DNA from: Actinomycetes bacterium
Lineage (GTDB): Bacteria; Actinomycetota; Actinomycetes; Nanopelagicales; Nanopelagicaceae
Reading direction: 5' to 3'
Assembly: GCA_014190155.1 (NCBI GenBank)
Contig: BJFY01000004.1
Location: 51,569 to 115,568 of the forward strand
DNA length: 64,000 nt
In this document: in pieces, positions 8,982-18,751 of the stretch
Position numbering within the stretch: the first letter of the stretch is position 1
Layout of the letters: the number at the start of each line of letters is the position of its first letter
Made by a program: the position numbers and the translations under genes
Notes under the pieces: model-generated
Databases searched by the model: none
What the model was told of the DNA's origin: nothing
Seen by the model: the letters and a program-made list of their open reading frames with translations, nothing else

Positions 8982-9020
8982 CGAAAAATTGAAAAGGCGC
9001 AGAGATTTCTCCCTGCGCCT
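8982..9020 (-). terminator. Rho-independent terminator between the binding-protein and permease genes
   Basis: On the minus strand: AGGCGCAG (9020..9013), 10-nt loop, CTGCGCCT (9002..8995), then TTTCAATTTTT. The hairpin starts 13 nt after the SBP stop codon. Confidence 0.55.
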
Positions 9021-9033
9021 GATCGTTACTTAT

Positions 9034-10314
9034 CTATGCTTTTGGTTTAAGTGGTGCGTACCAAGTTGCAACACCGGCTTGGATAGCCGCAGCTAGTTCA
9101 GCAGCGGTTTGGGTACCAGCTGCAACTTTTTGGAATCCAGGTTGCATGATGGATGAAGATGTTGGCGCGCCGTAGCGGAAACCAACAAGAGTTAAGAATG
9201 GAGTTCCAGATGATGGAATCGCACGAACCATGCTGACAACAGCTGGATCGGTGACTTTTACACCTGAAATTGTGGAGATCCAACCAAGTGAATCGGCAGC
9301 ATCTTGCATGAATGCCTTGCTTGAAAGGAAGTTGATGAATTTAATTGCTGCTGCCTTATTAGTGGTCTTTGCATTAATAGCAAAGCCGCCGTCAGCCCAG
9401 TTAGTGACATAACGTGGAGTTCCGGCTGCTGCTGCAGGGGCAGGCATCCAACCAACGTTTAGCGCAGGATTTAAAGAACGGAAATATGAAATTTCATAGT
9501 TTCCGCCAATATAAAACGCAGCTTTTTCGTTAGCGAAAAGACCACGTGCAGTGTTGTAATCCAAACCAGCATGGCCAGTTGGGAAGTACGCAACTAGATC
9601 TTTTACAGCTTGAAGTGAAGCCACAAAGTTTTTATCTTCAAATGTTTTCTTTCCTGCAACTATATTTTTGTAAAAGTCATTCCCACCGTAGAAAGTTGGT
9701 CCGACTGCACCCCAGAGTTGTTCCATTCCAGGTGCATATCCACTGCCATTACCCAAAGGCAAAATTCCGGCGGCTTTAACTTTATCCATTGCAGTGAAGA
9801 ATGATGACCAAGTAGTTGGTAGCGCTTTAATGCCAGCTTTTTTTAGTAGATCTGGGTTATACATAACTCCAAGAACTGAAGTTGCATATGGCAACCCATA
9901 TTGAAGCTTGCTCGTATAGCCCTGTGCTCCGGCAAGTGTTCCTGCTGGAATCTTTTTAAGTGCTGGAATATCTTTTGATAATAGTGGCATGAAGTAGCCA
10001 GCATCAGAAAGATTTGCCATGCCACCGTACGCACGCATCTGCATTACATCTGGACCTTTTCCTGCAATTAGCGCAGTTGAAAGTAGTGCGTTGTAATCAG
10101 TAGCTACATATGGTGTAAATTTTACGGAGATGCCAGTTGCTGCTAGAAATTTTGCAGCTTCTGCTTCATAAAAAACTTTATCTTCCGGACGCCAGCTCCA
10201 GAAGGTAATTTCTGTAGCTGCATTCGCAGGTGAAGCTGTAATTGGTACGACTATTGCAGCAGTTGCGAAGACTGCAGCCATTAAACCGCGTAGCCGGCTT
10301 TTAGTTTTAATCAC
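9034..10314 (-). CDS. Sugar ABC transporter substrate-binding protein
   Basis: 426 aa with signal peptide MIKTKSRLRGLMAAVFATAAIVVPITASPANA and no lipobox Cys. Family-1 extracellular solute-binding layout. Operon context with two sugar permeases. Confidence 0.8.
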   Translation of the reverse strand: MIKTKSRLRGLMAAVFATAAIVVPITASPANAATEITFWSWRPEDKVFYEAEAAKFLAATGISVKFTPYVATDYNALLSTALIAGKGPDVMQMRAYGGMANLSDAGYFMPLLSKDIPALKKIPAGTLAGAQGYTSKLQYGLPYATSVLGVMYNPDLLKKAGIKALPTTWSSFFTAMDKVKAAGILPLGNGSGYAPGMEQLWGAVGPTFYGGNDFYKNIVAGKKTFEDKNFVASLQAVKDLVAYFPTGHAGLDYNTARGLFANEKAAFYIGGNYEISYFRSLNPALNVGWMPAPAAAAGTPRYVTNWADGGFAINAKTTNKAAAIKFINFLSSKAFMQDAADSLGWISTISGVKVTDPAVVSMVRAIPSSGTPFLTLVGFRYGAPTSSSIMQPGFQKVAAGTQTAAELAAAIQAGVATWYAPLKPKA

Positions 10315-11282
10315 TTATTTCCTCCTCGAGAGCGGGATGGTTTTGAAGTTGAATGAAACCCCTCGATATCACTCAGCTTCTTTCCAGAACGGATTCCCAC
10401 AGCCGCCCTAGATTGATCTAGAGCAGTCTTGGTACCACTCCAGTTTCTCTGTGCTAACGCAACACAGAGACAGTCAACCACCGTTAATTGCGCGATTCGA
10501 CTCGCAGTTGCACCGCTTCGGAAGGTGGTTTCCCGAGCAGAGGTATGTAAAACAAATTTAGTAAGAGCGCTGGCTGGACTTCTAAGTGCATTAGTTATTA
10601 AAACTAAACTTACACCGCACTTCTTGAATTCAGACATTACATCAACAACATCTAAAGTCGTGCCGCTGTGACTAATCGCGACTAAAACGTCGCCTTCTTT
10701 CAATAACGCAAGTGAAGTTAGCGCTGAATGTGCATCGCGCCAAGCAACTGCGTGTTTCCCTAATCTATTTAATTTAAGTTGTAAATCCATTGCAACATAA
10801 CCACTTGATGCCAACCCGATTATCCCAATTGTTTTAGCGTTTTCCCAAAGCGTAAGCACTTCTTCAAAAATCTTCAAATCTAACCGCTCGGTGGTTGTTT
10901 GAATCGCGCGTGAATCCGCATGTGCAATTTTTCTAATAATGTCTGCCGAAGTATCGGTTGAGATTATGCCGCTATCTAATTCTGATTCTGCAATTCCTAA
11001 ATGTTCGATCCGACTGAGGTCGCTTACAAGTGCAAGCCGAAATTCTGGATAGCCTTTAAATCCTAACGTTTTACTGAATCGGACAACTGATGCAACAGAG
11101 GTTTTGCTAAATACCGCGAGTTGAGAGATATTCATCTCGGAAACTTGATCTGGATTTTCGATTACTACATTTGCGATGGAAACTTCGCTGGCATGAAAAG
11201 AAGAAAATGAGTTTTTTATCTCTCCTAAAACGTCGCGATAGTTTTTTCCAACAACTCGGAGTGGTGTGGATGTAGCGGTCAT
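10311..11282 (-). CDS. MurR/RpiR-family transcriptional regulator (HTH + SIS domain)
   Basis: N-terminal RpiR-type HTH (ISQLAVFSKTSVASVVRFSKTLGFKGYPEFR). SIS domain (GIIGLASSGYVAMDLQLKLNRLG ... AISHSGTT). Adjacent to murQ. Confidence 0.85.
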   Translation of the reverse strand: MTATSTPLRVVGKNYRDVLGEIKNSFSSFHASEVSIANVVIENPDQVSEMNISQLAVFSKTSVASVVRFSKTLGFKGYPEFRLALVSDLSRIEHLGIAESELDSGIISTDTSADIIRKIAHADSRAIQTTTERLDLKIFEEVLTLWENAKTIGIIGLASSGYVAMDLQLKLNRLGKHAVAWRDAHSALTSLALLKEGDVLVAISHSGTTLDVVDVMSEFKKCGVSLVLITNALRSPASALTKFVLHTSARETTFRSGATASRIAQLTVVDCLCVALAQRNWSGTKTALDQSRAAVGIRSGKKLSDIEGFHSTSKPSRSRGGNK

Positions 11283-11293
11283 CGCCCACCTCC

Positions 11294-11336
11294 GGTGAAA
11301 ATTAAATTCAGCAAACGCTTTGCTTGGTGAAAATTA
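11294..11336. promoter_or_regulatory. Candidate operator/promoter module in the murQ-murR spacer
   Basis: Direct repeat GGTGAAAATTA at 11294..11304 and 11326..11336 (32-nt period). It flanks the palindrome AGCAAAcgcTTTGCT at 11310..11324. On the coding strand each repeat reads TAATTTTCACC, which contains TANNNT. Confidence 0.3.
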
Positions 11337-11387
11337 TCGCCTTATTAAGCCAAGGTCAAGCAGAAAACCTTCGAGTTGAACGAGTTA

Positions 11388-12308
11388 TTAACGGCCCAGC
11401 GCTTCTCGGATTCGATTTGAGGAGGCAAGCAATCGTTCGCGAGCGGCTTTCGCATCCAGATTCAAGAGCAACATCAAGATTGCAACTTTCACTTCGTGAT
11501 TAGCCTCGTTAAGAGCTCGTACCGATTCTGATCGAACCGCGCCAGTTGCTTTTTCAATAATTCGAATCGCGCGATCTTGCAACTTTTCATTAGTTACTTG
11601 AAGATCAACCATCAAGTTTCCATAAGTCTTTCCGAGTCTAACCATGGCTATTGTAGAAATCATATTTAAAACCAATTTTTGAACTGTGCCTGATTTTAAT
11701 CTGGTAGAGCCCGCAAGAAGTTCGGGCCCAGAATCTATTTCGATTGGATAATCGACAATCTTTGATAATTCGGAATTTGGATTGCTTGTTAATCCAATAG
11801 TTAGCGCACCAACTTCTTTTGCTAATTGCAGCGCGCCGATTACATACGGCGTCCTGCCACTTGCAGCAATTCCAACCACGGCATCAAGTTGTGAAACTTT
11901 TTTAGCTTTTAAATCTGCGACACCGGCGTTGGGATCGTCTTCAACACCTTCTGCTGGATTTCGAAGGGCATCGTCACCACCAGCAATAAATGCCAAAACT
12001 TGATTTTCGTCAACGGAAAAAGTTGGGCCGCATTCGGCTGCATCTAAAACACCTAATCGGCCGGATGTTCCAGCACCTAAGTAAATTAACCGTCCACCTT
12101 GTAGTAAGCGATCCACAATGCCATCGATAGCTTTTTCAATTTCTGGAAGTTTTAAAGCGATTGCGCGCGGAACTTCGGCGTCGCTTTCATTCATCGCTTG
12201 CAGTAATTCGGTTACCGACATTGCATCGAGTAAATGGTATTTGGCATCGACTTGTTCGGTACGTAATGAACCAATTTTCGATTCAGAATTACCATTTTCG
12301 ATAGTCAT
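11388..12308 (-). CDS. murQ: N-acetylmuramic acid 6-phosphate etherase
   Basis: SIS-type motif GRLIYLGAGTSGRLGVLDAAECGPTF and C-terminal AILMLL...A helix typical of MurQ. I prefer the ATG at 12308 (MTIENG...), preceded by GGGAAGG with a 6-nt spacer. The track ORF starts at 12329. Confidence 0.9.
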   Translation of the reverse strand: MTIENGNSESKIGSLRTEQVDAKYHLLDAMSVTELLQAMNESDAEVPRAIALKLPEIEKAIDGIVDRLLQGGRLIYLGAGTSGRLGVLDAAECGPTFSVDENQVLAFIAGGDDALRNPAEGVEDDPNAGVADLKAKKVSQLDAVVGIAASGRTPYVIGALQLAKEVGALTIGLTSNPNSELSKIVDYPIEIDSGPELLAGSTRLKSGTVQKLVLNMISTIAMVRLGKTYGNLMVDLQVTNEKLQDRAIRIIEKATGAVRSESVRALNEANHEVKVAILMLLLNLDAKAARERLLASSNRIREALGR

Positions 12309-12380
12309 TGATACCTTCCCTTGAAGCAATACTCGTTTAAGAGTAATACCCTTAGAAGAAAAGTCAAAAGTGCAACGAAA

Positions 12381-14894
12381 TTAAGCGGTTGGTGCTTCCG
12401 CTAAATCACTAGGTGAATCCGGTAATTGTTCTCTTGGCATACCTTTAAAAGTAAAAGTTTCGGAGCCAATTTCGCCTTCTTTTGCCGGAGCAACATCAAT
12501 CAAGATGATCTCGCCAGCTTTGATATCACCAAAAAGAATCTTCTCTGATAGCGCATCTTCAATTTCGCGTTGGATGGTGCGACGAAGCGGCCGTGCACCA
12601 AGAACTGGGTCATAGCCGCGCTTAGCTAAGAGCTCTTTTGCGGTCGAAGTTAACTCGATGCCCATATCTTTCGCCTTTAAACGGTCTTCCAAGTTTGCGA
12701 TCATAAGATCAACAATTTGGACAATTTCGTTCTCACTTAATTGATGGAAGACAATCACGTCATCAATACGGTTTAAGAATTCCGGACGGAAGTGTGTCTT
12801 GAGTTCATCTTGAACTTTCGCCTTCATCCGCTCGTAATTACCAAGCACATCAGAGACATTCGTAAAGCCAAGCGCCAAACTCTTAGAGATATCGCGAGTA
12901 CCAAGGTTTGTAGTCATGATGATTACAGTGTTCTTGAAATCAACGACTCGGCCTTGCGCATCAGTTAAGCGACCATCTTCAAGTACTTGTAATAGTGAAT
13001 TGAAAATATCTGGATGTGCTTTTTCAATTTCGTCAAAGAGCACAACAGAGAACGGCCGACGTCGTACTTTCTCGGTTAATTGGCCACCTTCGTCATACCC
13101 AACAAAGCCTGGAGGTGCACCAAAAAGCCTTGAAGCAGTGTGCTTTTCAGAGTACTCCGACATATCAAGTTGAATCAGCGCATCCGCATCGCCAAATAAG
13201 AATGCTGCAAGTGTCCGTGATAATTCAGTCTTACCAACACCAGACGGACCAGCGAAAATAAATGAACCACCCGGACGTTTTGGATCTTTAAGCCCCGCGC
13301 GAGTTCGACGGATTGCTTGTGAGAGCGCTCTGATGGCTTGGTCTTGACCAATAACGCGGCGGTGAAGTTCGTCTTCCATGCGAAGCAAACGCGCAGTTTC
13401 AGCTTCAGTTAATTTGAATACTGGAATTCCAGTTGCGGTAGATAGAACTTCTGCAATTAATTCTTCATCAACTACAGCGACAACATCTAGGTCGCCAGCT
13501 TTCCAAGCTTTTTCACGCTCTGCTTTTTCTAAGATTAAATTCTTTTCTTTATCGCGAAGTGCAGCAGCTTTTTCAAAATCTTGGCCATCGATTGCTGATT
13601 CTTTTTCTTTTCGAGCATTTGCAATCTTGTCATCGAATTCACGAAGCTCTGGTGGCGCAGTCATGCGACGAATTCGCAGTCTGGAACCAGCTTCATCAAT
13701 TAAATCAATCGCTTTATCTGGCAAGAATCGGTCAGATACATATCGATCTGCAAGCGTGGCGGCAGAAACTAGCGCAGCATCTGAAATCGAAACTTTGTGA
13801 TGCGATTCGTAACGATCGCGTAGACCTTTAAGAATTTCAATGGTGTGCGTGAGTGAAGGTTCAGCAACTTGAATTGGTTGGAAACGTCGCTCTAACGCCG
13901 CATCTTTTTCTAAATGTTTTCGGTATTCATCAAGAGTTGTTGCACCAATTGTCTGGAGCTCACCACGAGCCAACATCGGCTTCAAAATACTTGCGGCATC
14001 AATGGCACCTTCAGCAGCGCCAGCACCAACTAGCGTGTGAATTTCATCGATAAAAAGAATTATGTCGCCACGAGTGCGGATCTCTTTTAATACTTTCTTC
14101 AAACGTTCTTCAAAATCACCACGATATCGACTACCCGCTACCAGTGCACCTAAGTCAAGTGAGTAAAGTTGTTTATCTTTCAGAGTTTCTGGAACATCAT
14201 TTTTTACGATTGCTTGCGCTAATCCTTCGACTACCGCGGTCTTTCCAACGCCAGGTTCACCAATCAATACTGGATTATTTTTAGTACGCCGTGAAAGAAT
14301 TTGCATGACGCGCTCAATCTCTTTTTCGCGACCAATAACTGGGTCTAATTTTCCTTCACGCGCAGCTTGGGTTAGGTTTCTGCCAAATTGATCTAGAACT
14401 AATGAAGTTGCGGGTGTGCCCTCTGCTGGTCCGCCGGTTGATACTGCTTCTTTTCCTTGATAACCAGAGAGCAATTGAATAACTTGTTGGCGCACTCGAT
14501 TTAAATCCGCACCAAGTTTTACGAGAACTTGTGCTGCAACGCCTTCGCCTTCACGAATCAAACCAAGCAAAATATGTTCGGTACCAATGTAATTATGGCC
14601 AAGTTGCAACGCTTCGCGAAGTGAGAGTTCTAAAACTTTCTTCGCGCGGGGTGTAAATGGAATGTGTCCTGATGGAGCTTGTTGTCCTTGCCCGATAATT
14701 TCCTCGACTTGCGCACGGACTGCTTCTAGCGAAATTCCGAGTGACTCTAAACCTTTAGCGGCTACACCTTCACCTTCATGAATCAAGCCAAGAAGAATAT
14801 GTTCGGTACCGATGTAGTTGTGGTTAAGCATCCGCGCTTCTTCTTGTGCAAGCACAACTACGCGGCGAGCTCTATCGGTAAAGCGCTCAAACAT
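12381..14894 (-). CDS. clpC: ATP-dependent Clp protease ATP-binding subunit ClpC
   Basis: [21 protein letters not shown] Clp_N repeats. Two Walker A sites, GEPGVGKTA and [12 protein letters not shown]-like linker. Confidence 0.95.
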   Translation of the reverse strand: MFERFTDRARRVVVLAQEEARMLNHNYIGTEHILLGLIHEGEGVAAKGLESLGISLEAVRAQVEEIIGQGQQAPSGHIPFTPRAKKVLELSLREALQLGHNYIGTEHILLGLIREGEGVAAQVLVKLGADLNRVRQQVIQLLSGYQGKEAVSTGGPAEGTPATSLVLDQFGRNLTQAAREGKLDPVIGREKEIERVMQILSRRTKNNPVLIGEPGVGKTAVVEGLAQAIVKNDVPETLKDKQLYSLDLGALVAGSRYRGDFEERLKKVLKEIRTRGDIILFIDEIHTLVGAGAAEGAIDAASILKPMLARGELQTIGATTLDEYRKHLEKDAALERRFQPIQVAEPSLTHTIEILKGLRDRYESHHKVSISDAALVSAATLADRYVSDRFLPDKAIDLIDEAGSRLRIRRMTAPPELREFDDKIANARKEKESAIDGQDFEKAAALRDKEKNLILEKAEREKAWKAGDLDVVAVVDEELIAEVLSTATGIPVFKLTEAETARLLRMEDELHRRVIGQDQAIRALSQAIRRTRAGLKDPKRPGGSFIFAGPSGVGKTELSRTLAAFLFGDADALIQLDMSEYSEKHTASRLFGAPPGFVGYDEGGQLTEKVRRRPFSVVLFDEIEKAHPDIFNSLLQVLEDGRLTDAQGRVVDFKNTVIIMTTNLGTRDISKSLALGFTNVSDVLGNYERMKAKVQDELKTHFRPEFLNRIDDVIVFHQLSENEIVQIVDLMIANLEDRLKAKDMGIELTSTAKELLAKRGYDPVLGARPLRRTIQREIEDALSEKILFGDIKAGEIILIDVAPAKEGEIGSETFTFKGMPREQLPDSPSDLAEAPTA

Positions 14895-14942
14895 GTGACG
14901 ATCTCCTGACTGTCCGCGACTAAGCGGTTTGGGTACGGGTTT

Positions 14943-14948
14943 AGCCTA
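14943..14948 (-). promoter_or_regulatory. Candidate -10 box TAGGCT for clpC
   Basis: The minus strand reads TAGGCT about 47 nt upstream of the clpC ATG. GGAGAT Shine-Dalgarno at 14901..14906. The same hexamer recurs upstream of three other genes in this window. Confidence 0.25.
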
Positions 14949-15061
14949 ACGCGCCAGCAGAATCAGTGCGATACGGATTTTCGACATATCTTGCGGGCAT
15001 TGCTGGGTTTAACCACAGAATCTAGTGATTTATGCCCGAATAGCCATTTGAATTTCGCCTT

Positions 15062-15562
15062 TTATAGGACCTTAATCATTCTGGTATTTCCCAAGGTGTT
15101 CGGCTTAACGCTCTCTAAATCTAAGAACTCAGCGATACCTTCATCATAAGAACGGAGTAATTGAGTATAGACATCGGGTTCGACCGGCGTCCCTTGAATC
15201 TCTATGAAACCGTGACCTCCAAAAAATTTAGTTTCAAATGTCAAACAGAACAATCGCTTCACTCCAATTTTTTTAGCACGATCGATAATGTGCTCCATTA
15301 ATTGGTGTCCAACTCCATGTCCGCGCAATCTTTCAATTACCGCAACGGTACGAACTTCTGCTAAATCTTCCCAAAGTACATGCAGCGCTCCGCAGCCAAT
15401 AACTTCATTCCCCTCAACTGCTACTGAAAATTCTTGAACACTTTCGAATAGCGTTACTGTCTCTTTGGAAAGCAACCGTCGTTGCAGCGAATAATCATCA
15501 ATAATTTTTCTAATTGTTTTTACATCACTAGTTTGCGCATTTCGAATTTGTATAACACTCAT
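15062..15562 (-). CDS. GNAT-family N-acetyltransferase (short amino-acid N-acetyltransferase/ArgA-like)
   Basis: 166 aa. Acetyl-CoA site VAVIERLRGHGVGHQLMEH. Start is 1 nt after the lysS stop. Confidence 0.7.
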   Translation of the reverse strand: MSVIQIRNAQTSDVKTIRKIIDDYSLQRRLLSKETVTLFESVQEFSVAVEGNEVIGCGALHVLWEDLAEVRTVAVIERLRGHGVGHQLMEHIIDRAKKIGVKRLFCLTFETKFFGGHGFIEIQGTPVEPDVYTQLLRSYDEGIAEFLDLESVKPNTLGNTRMIKVL

Positions 15563-15563
15563 A

Positions 15564-17069
15564 TTAATTCTCTTCCGGTTTCACTAACGGAAATAGAATA
15601 GTTTCACGAATTCCTAACCCGGTAAGCGCCATTAGTAATCGGTCAACGCCCATTCCCATACCGCCCATGGGTGGCATGCCAAATTCCATAGCACGTAAGA
15701 AGTCTTCATCAAGACTCATAGCTTCTAAATCTCCAGATGCGCCAAGTTTTGCTTGTTCAACTAATCGTTCCCGTTGTATGACTGGGTCAATTAATTCTGA
15801 GTACCCGGTTGCTAATTCAAAACCATCAATATATAAATCCCATTTTTCTGCTACCCCGGGAAGTTTGCGGTGCGCTCTTACTAGCGGCGAAGTATCAATC
15901 GGAAACCCTTTTACAAAAGTTGGGATGTCTAATTTGCCATTATATAAATCTTCAAATATTTCCTCAGCTAATTTTCCAGTAATCCACTTTGGATCGACTT
16001 TCATACCGAGTTTTTCTGCGTATTTCTTTAAGTTTTCTTTACTTGTCTCGGCTGTGACTTTCTCTCCAACGCCTTCAGAAATAGCGGTATAGAAATCTAC
16101 TTCACGCCATTCCCCACCAAGATCATTCTCGGTTCCATCGTGATGCTTTACAACATGGCTACCGAATACAGCTTTTGCCGATTCTTGCACTAATTCGCGA
16201 GTTAAATCTGCCATTGAATTCCAATCACCATACGACTGGTAGGTCTCTATCATCGCAAATTCTGGTGAGTGACTTGAGTCCGCACCTTCGTTTCGGAAGT
16301 TACGATTGATTTCAAATACTCGTTCTAACCCACCAACAACACATCTTTTTAAAAATAATTCTGGTGCAATTCGAAGAAATAATTCCATATCGTATGCATT
16401 GCTTTTTGTTTTAAACGGTCGAGCAGTAGCACCGCCATGCATAACTTGTAACATCGGAGTTTCGACTTCGATAAATCCGCGAGTATCAAAAGAATTACGG
16501 AGGGATTTCATCACAATCGGACGGGTGCGGGCATTTACACGCGCTTCTGGACGCACAATTAAATCTACATAACGCATGCGCACGCGAGTTTCTTCAGAGA
16601 GCGGTTTATGTTCCACCGGTAATGGCCGCAACGATTTCGACGCCATGGCAAAATTATTTGCCAGAATCGACAGTTCACCACGCTTTGAGGTGATTATTTC
16701 GCCCGTGACACTTACTAAATCGCCAAGATCAACATCAGACTTCCAAGCATTTAGAAGTTCTTCACCTACTTTATCTAACGAAAACATTGCTTGTAATTCA
16801 GTGCCATCACCTTCGCGCAGCGTTGCAAAACATAATTTGCCAGTATCGCGTTTAAAAATAACTCTGCCCGTAAGGCTTTCAATAATTCCAGTACCAACAT
16901 CAATTGGTAAATCTTTATGACGCTTGCGAATCTCAGAAAGTGATGCGGTGCGCGGTACTGCAACCGGATATGGCGCAATGCCACGGGAAAGCAGGCTTTC
17001 GCGCTTTTCGCGACGAATCCGAAGTTGTTCTGGAAGATCGTCAGCAACCTCTGGTTTTGGCTCGTTCAT
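15564..17069 (-). CDS. lysS: Lysine--tRNA ligase (class II)
   Basis: Class II motifs FRNEG and [14 protein letters not shown]-fold N-terminal domain. Confidence 0.95.
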   Translation of the reverse strand: MNEPKPEVADDLPEQLRIRREKRESLLSRGIAPYPVAVPRTASLSEIRKRHKDLPIDVGTGIIESLTGRVIFKRDTGKLCFATLREGDGTELQAMFSLDKVGEELLNAWKSDVDLGDLVSVTGEIITSKRGELSILANNFAMASKSLRPLPVEHKPLSEETRVRMRYVDLIVRPEARVNARTRPIVMKSLRNSFDTRGFIEVETPMLQVMHGGATARPFKTKSNAYDMELFLRIAPELFLKRCVVGGLERVFEINRNFRNEGADSSHSPEFAMIETYQSYGDWNSMADLTRELVQESAKAVFGSHVVKHHDGTENDLGGEWREVDFYTAISEGVGEKVTAETSKENLKKYAEKLGMKVDPKWITGKLAEEIFEDLYNGKLDIPTFVKGFPIDTSPLVRAHRKLPGVAEKWDLYIDGFELATGYSELIDPVIQRERLVEQAKLGASGDLEAMSLDEDFLRAMEFGMPPMGGMGMGVDRLLMALTGLGIRETILFPLVKPEEN

Positions 17070-17096
17070 AATGGCTGCAGTCTAACCATTGCGAAG

Positions 17097-17873
17097 CTAA
17101 GCGTTGCGCTGATGAACTAACCGAAGTCCGATGAGGGTCAAATCTGGTTCGTGATAATCAATCATCTCGCTAATTCCTAAAACCAAAGGTGCTAATCCTC
17201 CCGTTGCAATAATTGCTACGTTTTCGGTTTCTGGATAATCATTTTCTAGCACTGCAATAATACGATTAACTAAGCCATCAACTTGGCCAGCAAACCCAAA
17301 GATAGTTCCAGATTGCAAAGCTTCTACGGTATTTTTACCAATTACCGACTTTGGTCTTACCAATTCAACTTTTCGCAATTGTGCGGCTCTGGCAGCTAAC
17401 GCATCAACAGAAATTTCAATTCCAGGAGCAAGCGCGCCACCTAAGAACTCTCCTTTGGGTGAAACCACATCAAGGTTTGTCGAAGTTCCGAAATCAACAA
17501 CTATGCAAGGTCCTTTATCGCCATATAAAGTAAAAGCCGCCAGCGTATTTACAATCCGGTCTGCGCCGATTTCTTTTGGATTATCAACTAACAGTGGGAC
17601 CCCAGTCTTTGTGCCTGGTTCAATAATCGTGCATCGAATGTTCGAAAAATAATTTGCAATCATGGTGCGAATCTCTCGTAATATCGCTGGAACGGTTGAG
17701 CAAATTGCTAAACCGTCAACTTTATAACCTTCAATAAGAGAGCGATATTGCAACCATAATTCATCAGCGGTGTCGCGTGGGTCAGTCTTCACTCGCCATG
17801 ACTGGATTAATTCGTCGCCATCAAAAATTCCAAGAACTGTATTAGTGTTTCCCACATCTATGGTAAGTAGCAT
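17097..17873 (-). CDS. coaX: Type III pantothenate kinase
   Basis: MLLTIDVGNTNTVLG N-terminus and ...DFGTSTN... motifs of CoaX. Its start shares 1 nt with the nadC stop (TAATG). Confidence 0.9.
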   Translation of the reverse strand: MLLTIDVGNTNTVLGIFDGDELIQSWRVKTDPRDTADELWLQYRSLIEGYKVDGLAICSTVPAILREIRTMIANYFSNIRCTIIEPGTKTGVPLLVDNPKEIGADRIVNTLAAFTLYGDKGPCIVVDFGTSTNLDVVSPKGEFLGGALAPGIEISVDALAARAAQLRKVELVRPKSVIGKNTVEALQSGTIFGFAGQVDGLVNRIIAVLENDYPETENVAIIATGGLAPLVLGISEMIDYHEPDLTLIGLRLVHQRNA

Positions 17874-18751
17874 TAGTTATCTCCCAGGAAGTCGAGTCCG
17901 ATATCAAGGTTTGTAGCAGAGTGCGTTAGCGCTCCAATTGCCAAATAATCAACGCCAGCCGCTGCATAACTTTTCGCGTTTTCTAAAGTAATTCCGCCAG
18001 ATGCTTCTAATTTGAATTTCCCAGCAACCAGCGCGACTGCAGCGCGACATTGATCTGGTGACATGTTATCGAGCAGCGCTAGATCAACGTTTAGATTTAA
18101 AATCTCATTCAATTGTGCAATCGTGTCCACTTCAATTTCAATTGGTAAGTTAGGGTTTTTAGTTAAAACTTCATTAAATGCGCTGGCTGTACCGCCCGCA
18201 GCTTGCACATGATTATCTTTAATTAGCGCCGCATCGGAAAGTGACATCCGGTGATTGCTGCCACCACCCATTCGAACCGCAAATTTTTCTAATTCACGAT
18301 AACCCGGCGTAGTTTTTCGAGTATCGCGAATCTTAGTTTTGAATTCCGAAACTTCTCTAACCCAAACTTTTGTCAGAGTACTAATTCCACTGAGCCTTCC
18401 CAGAAAATTAAGCGCAGTTCGTTCGGCTAATAAAATGGCTCTCGTATTTCCTTTAACTCTGATTAGCGCCGAATTAGCTAAAGCAAAGTCACCTTCTGAA
18501 ATTAGTAATTCGTAATCATTAATTCCGCAATATTCTAAGACGGCCACCGCTACCAATAGCCCAGAAATAACGCCTGGCTGGCGATTGCGAAACTCGGCAG
18601 TCGATATTTGCTCCGGCGATACTGTGGCATTGCTTGTAACATCGCTACCGCCAGCTAAATCTTCCGCAATCGCAAGTTTAATTAAATTACCGATACTTGA
18701 TTCAGTTAATCCATAGTCTGCAATTTTCTTACTTAGTTGCGGAGAAAACAT
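17873..18751 (-). CDS. nadC: Nicotinate-nucleotide pyrophosphorylase (carboxylating)
   Basis: QPRTase length and motifs (RDTRKTTPGYR, GGGSNHR, IEVEVDT). Confidence 0.9.
   Translation of the reverse strand: MFSPQLSKKIADYGLTESSIGNLIKLAIAEDLAGGSDVTSNATVSPEQISTAEFRNRQPGVISGLLVAVAVLEYCGINDYELLISEGDFALANSALIRVKGNTRAILLAERTALNFLGRLSGISTLTKVWVREVSEFKTKIRDTRKTTPGYRELEKFAVRMGGGSNHRMSLSDAALIKDNHVQAAGGTASAFNEVLTKNPNLPIEIEVDTIAQLNEILNLNVDLALLDNMSPDQCRAAVALVAGKFKLEASGGITLENAKSYAAAGVDYLAIGALTHSATNLDIGLDFLGDN

Noticed and set aside
13378-13800. Long antisense ORFs inside conserved genes. Examples: 13378..13800 in clpC, 15667..16092 in lysS, 24895..25362 in ftsH, 28584..29090 in the ABC-2 permease, 53501..54016 in ppdK.
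   Set aside because: Each lies wholly opposite a gene with strong family motifs. Their translations are low-complexity and Ser/Arg/Pro/Thr-rich. None has an SD or recognisable domain. These are typical shadow ORFs.
14914-14927. ClgR operator upstream of clpC.
   Set aside because: The ClgR consensus as I recall it is CGC-N5-GCG. Here the half-sites are CCGC and GCGG with a 6-nt spacer, so the spacing is off by one. It is kept only as an unexplained palindrome.
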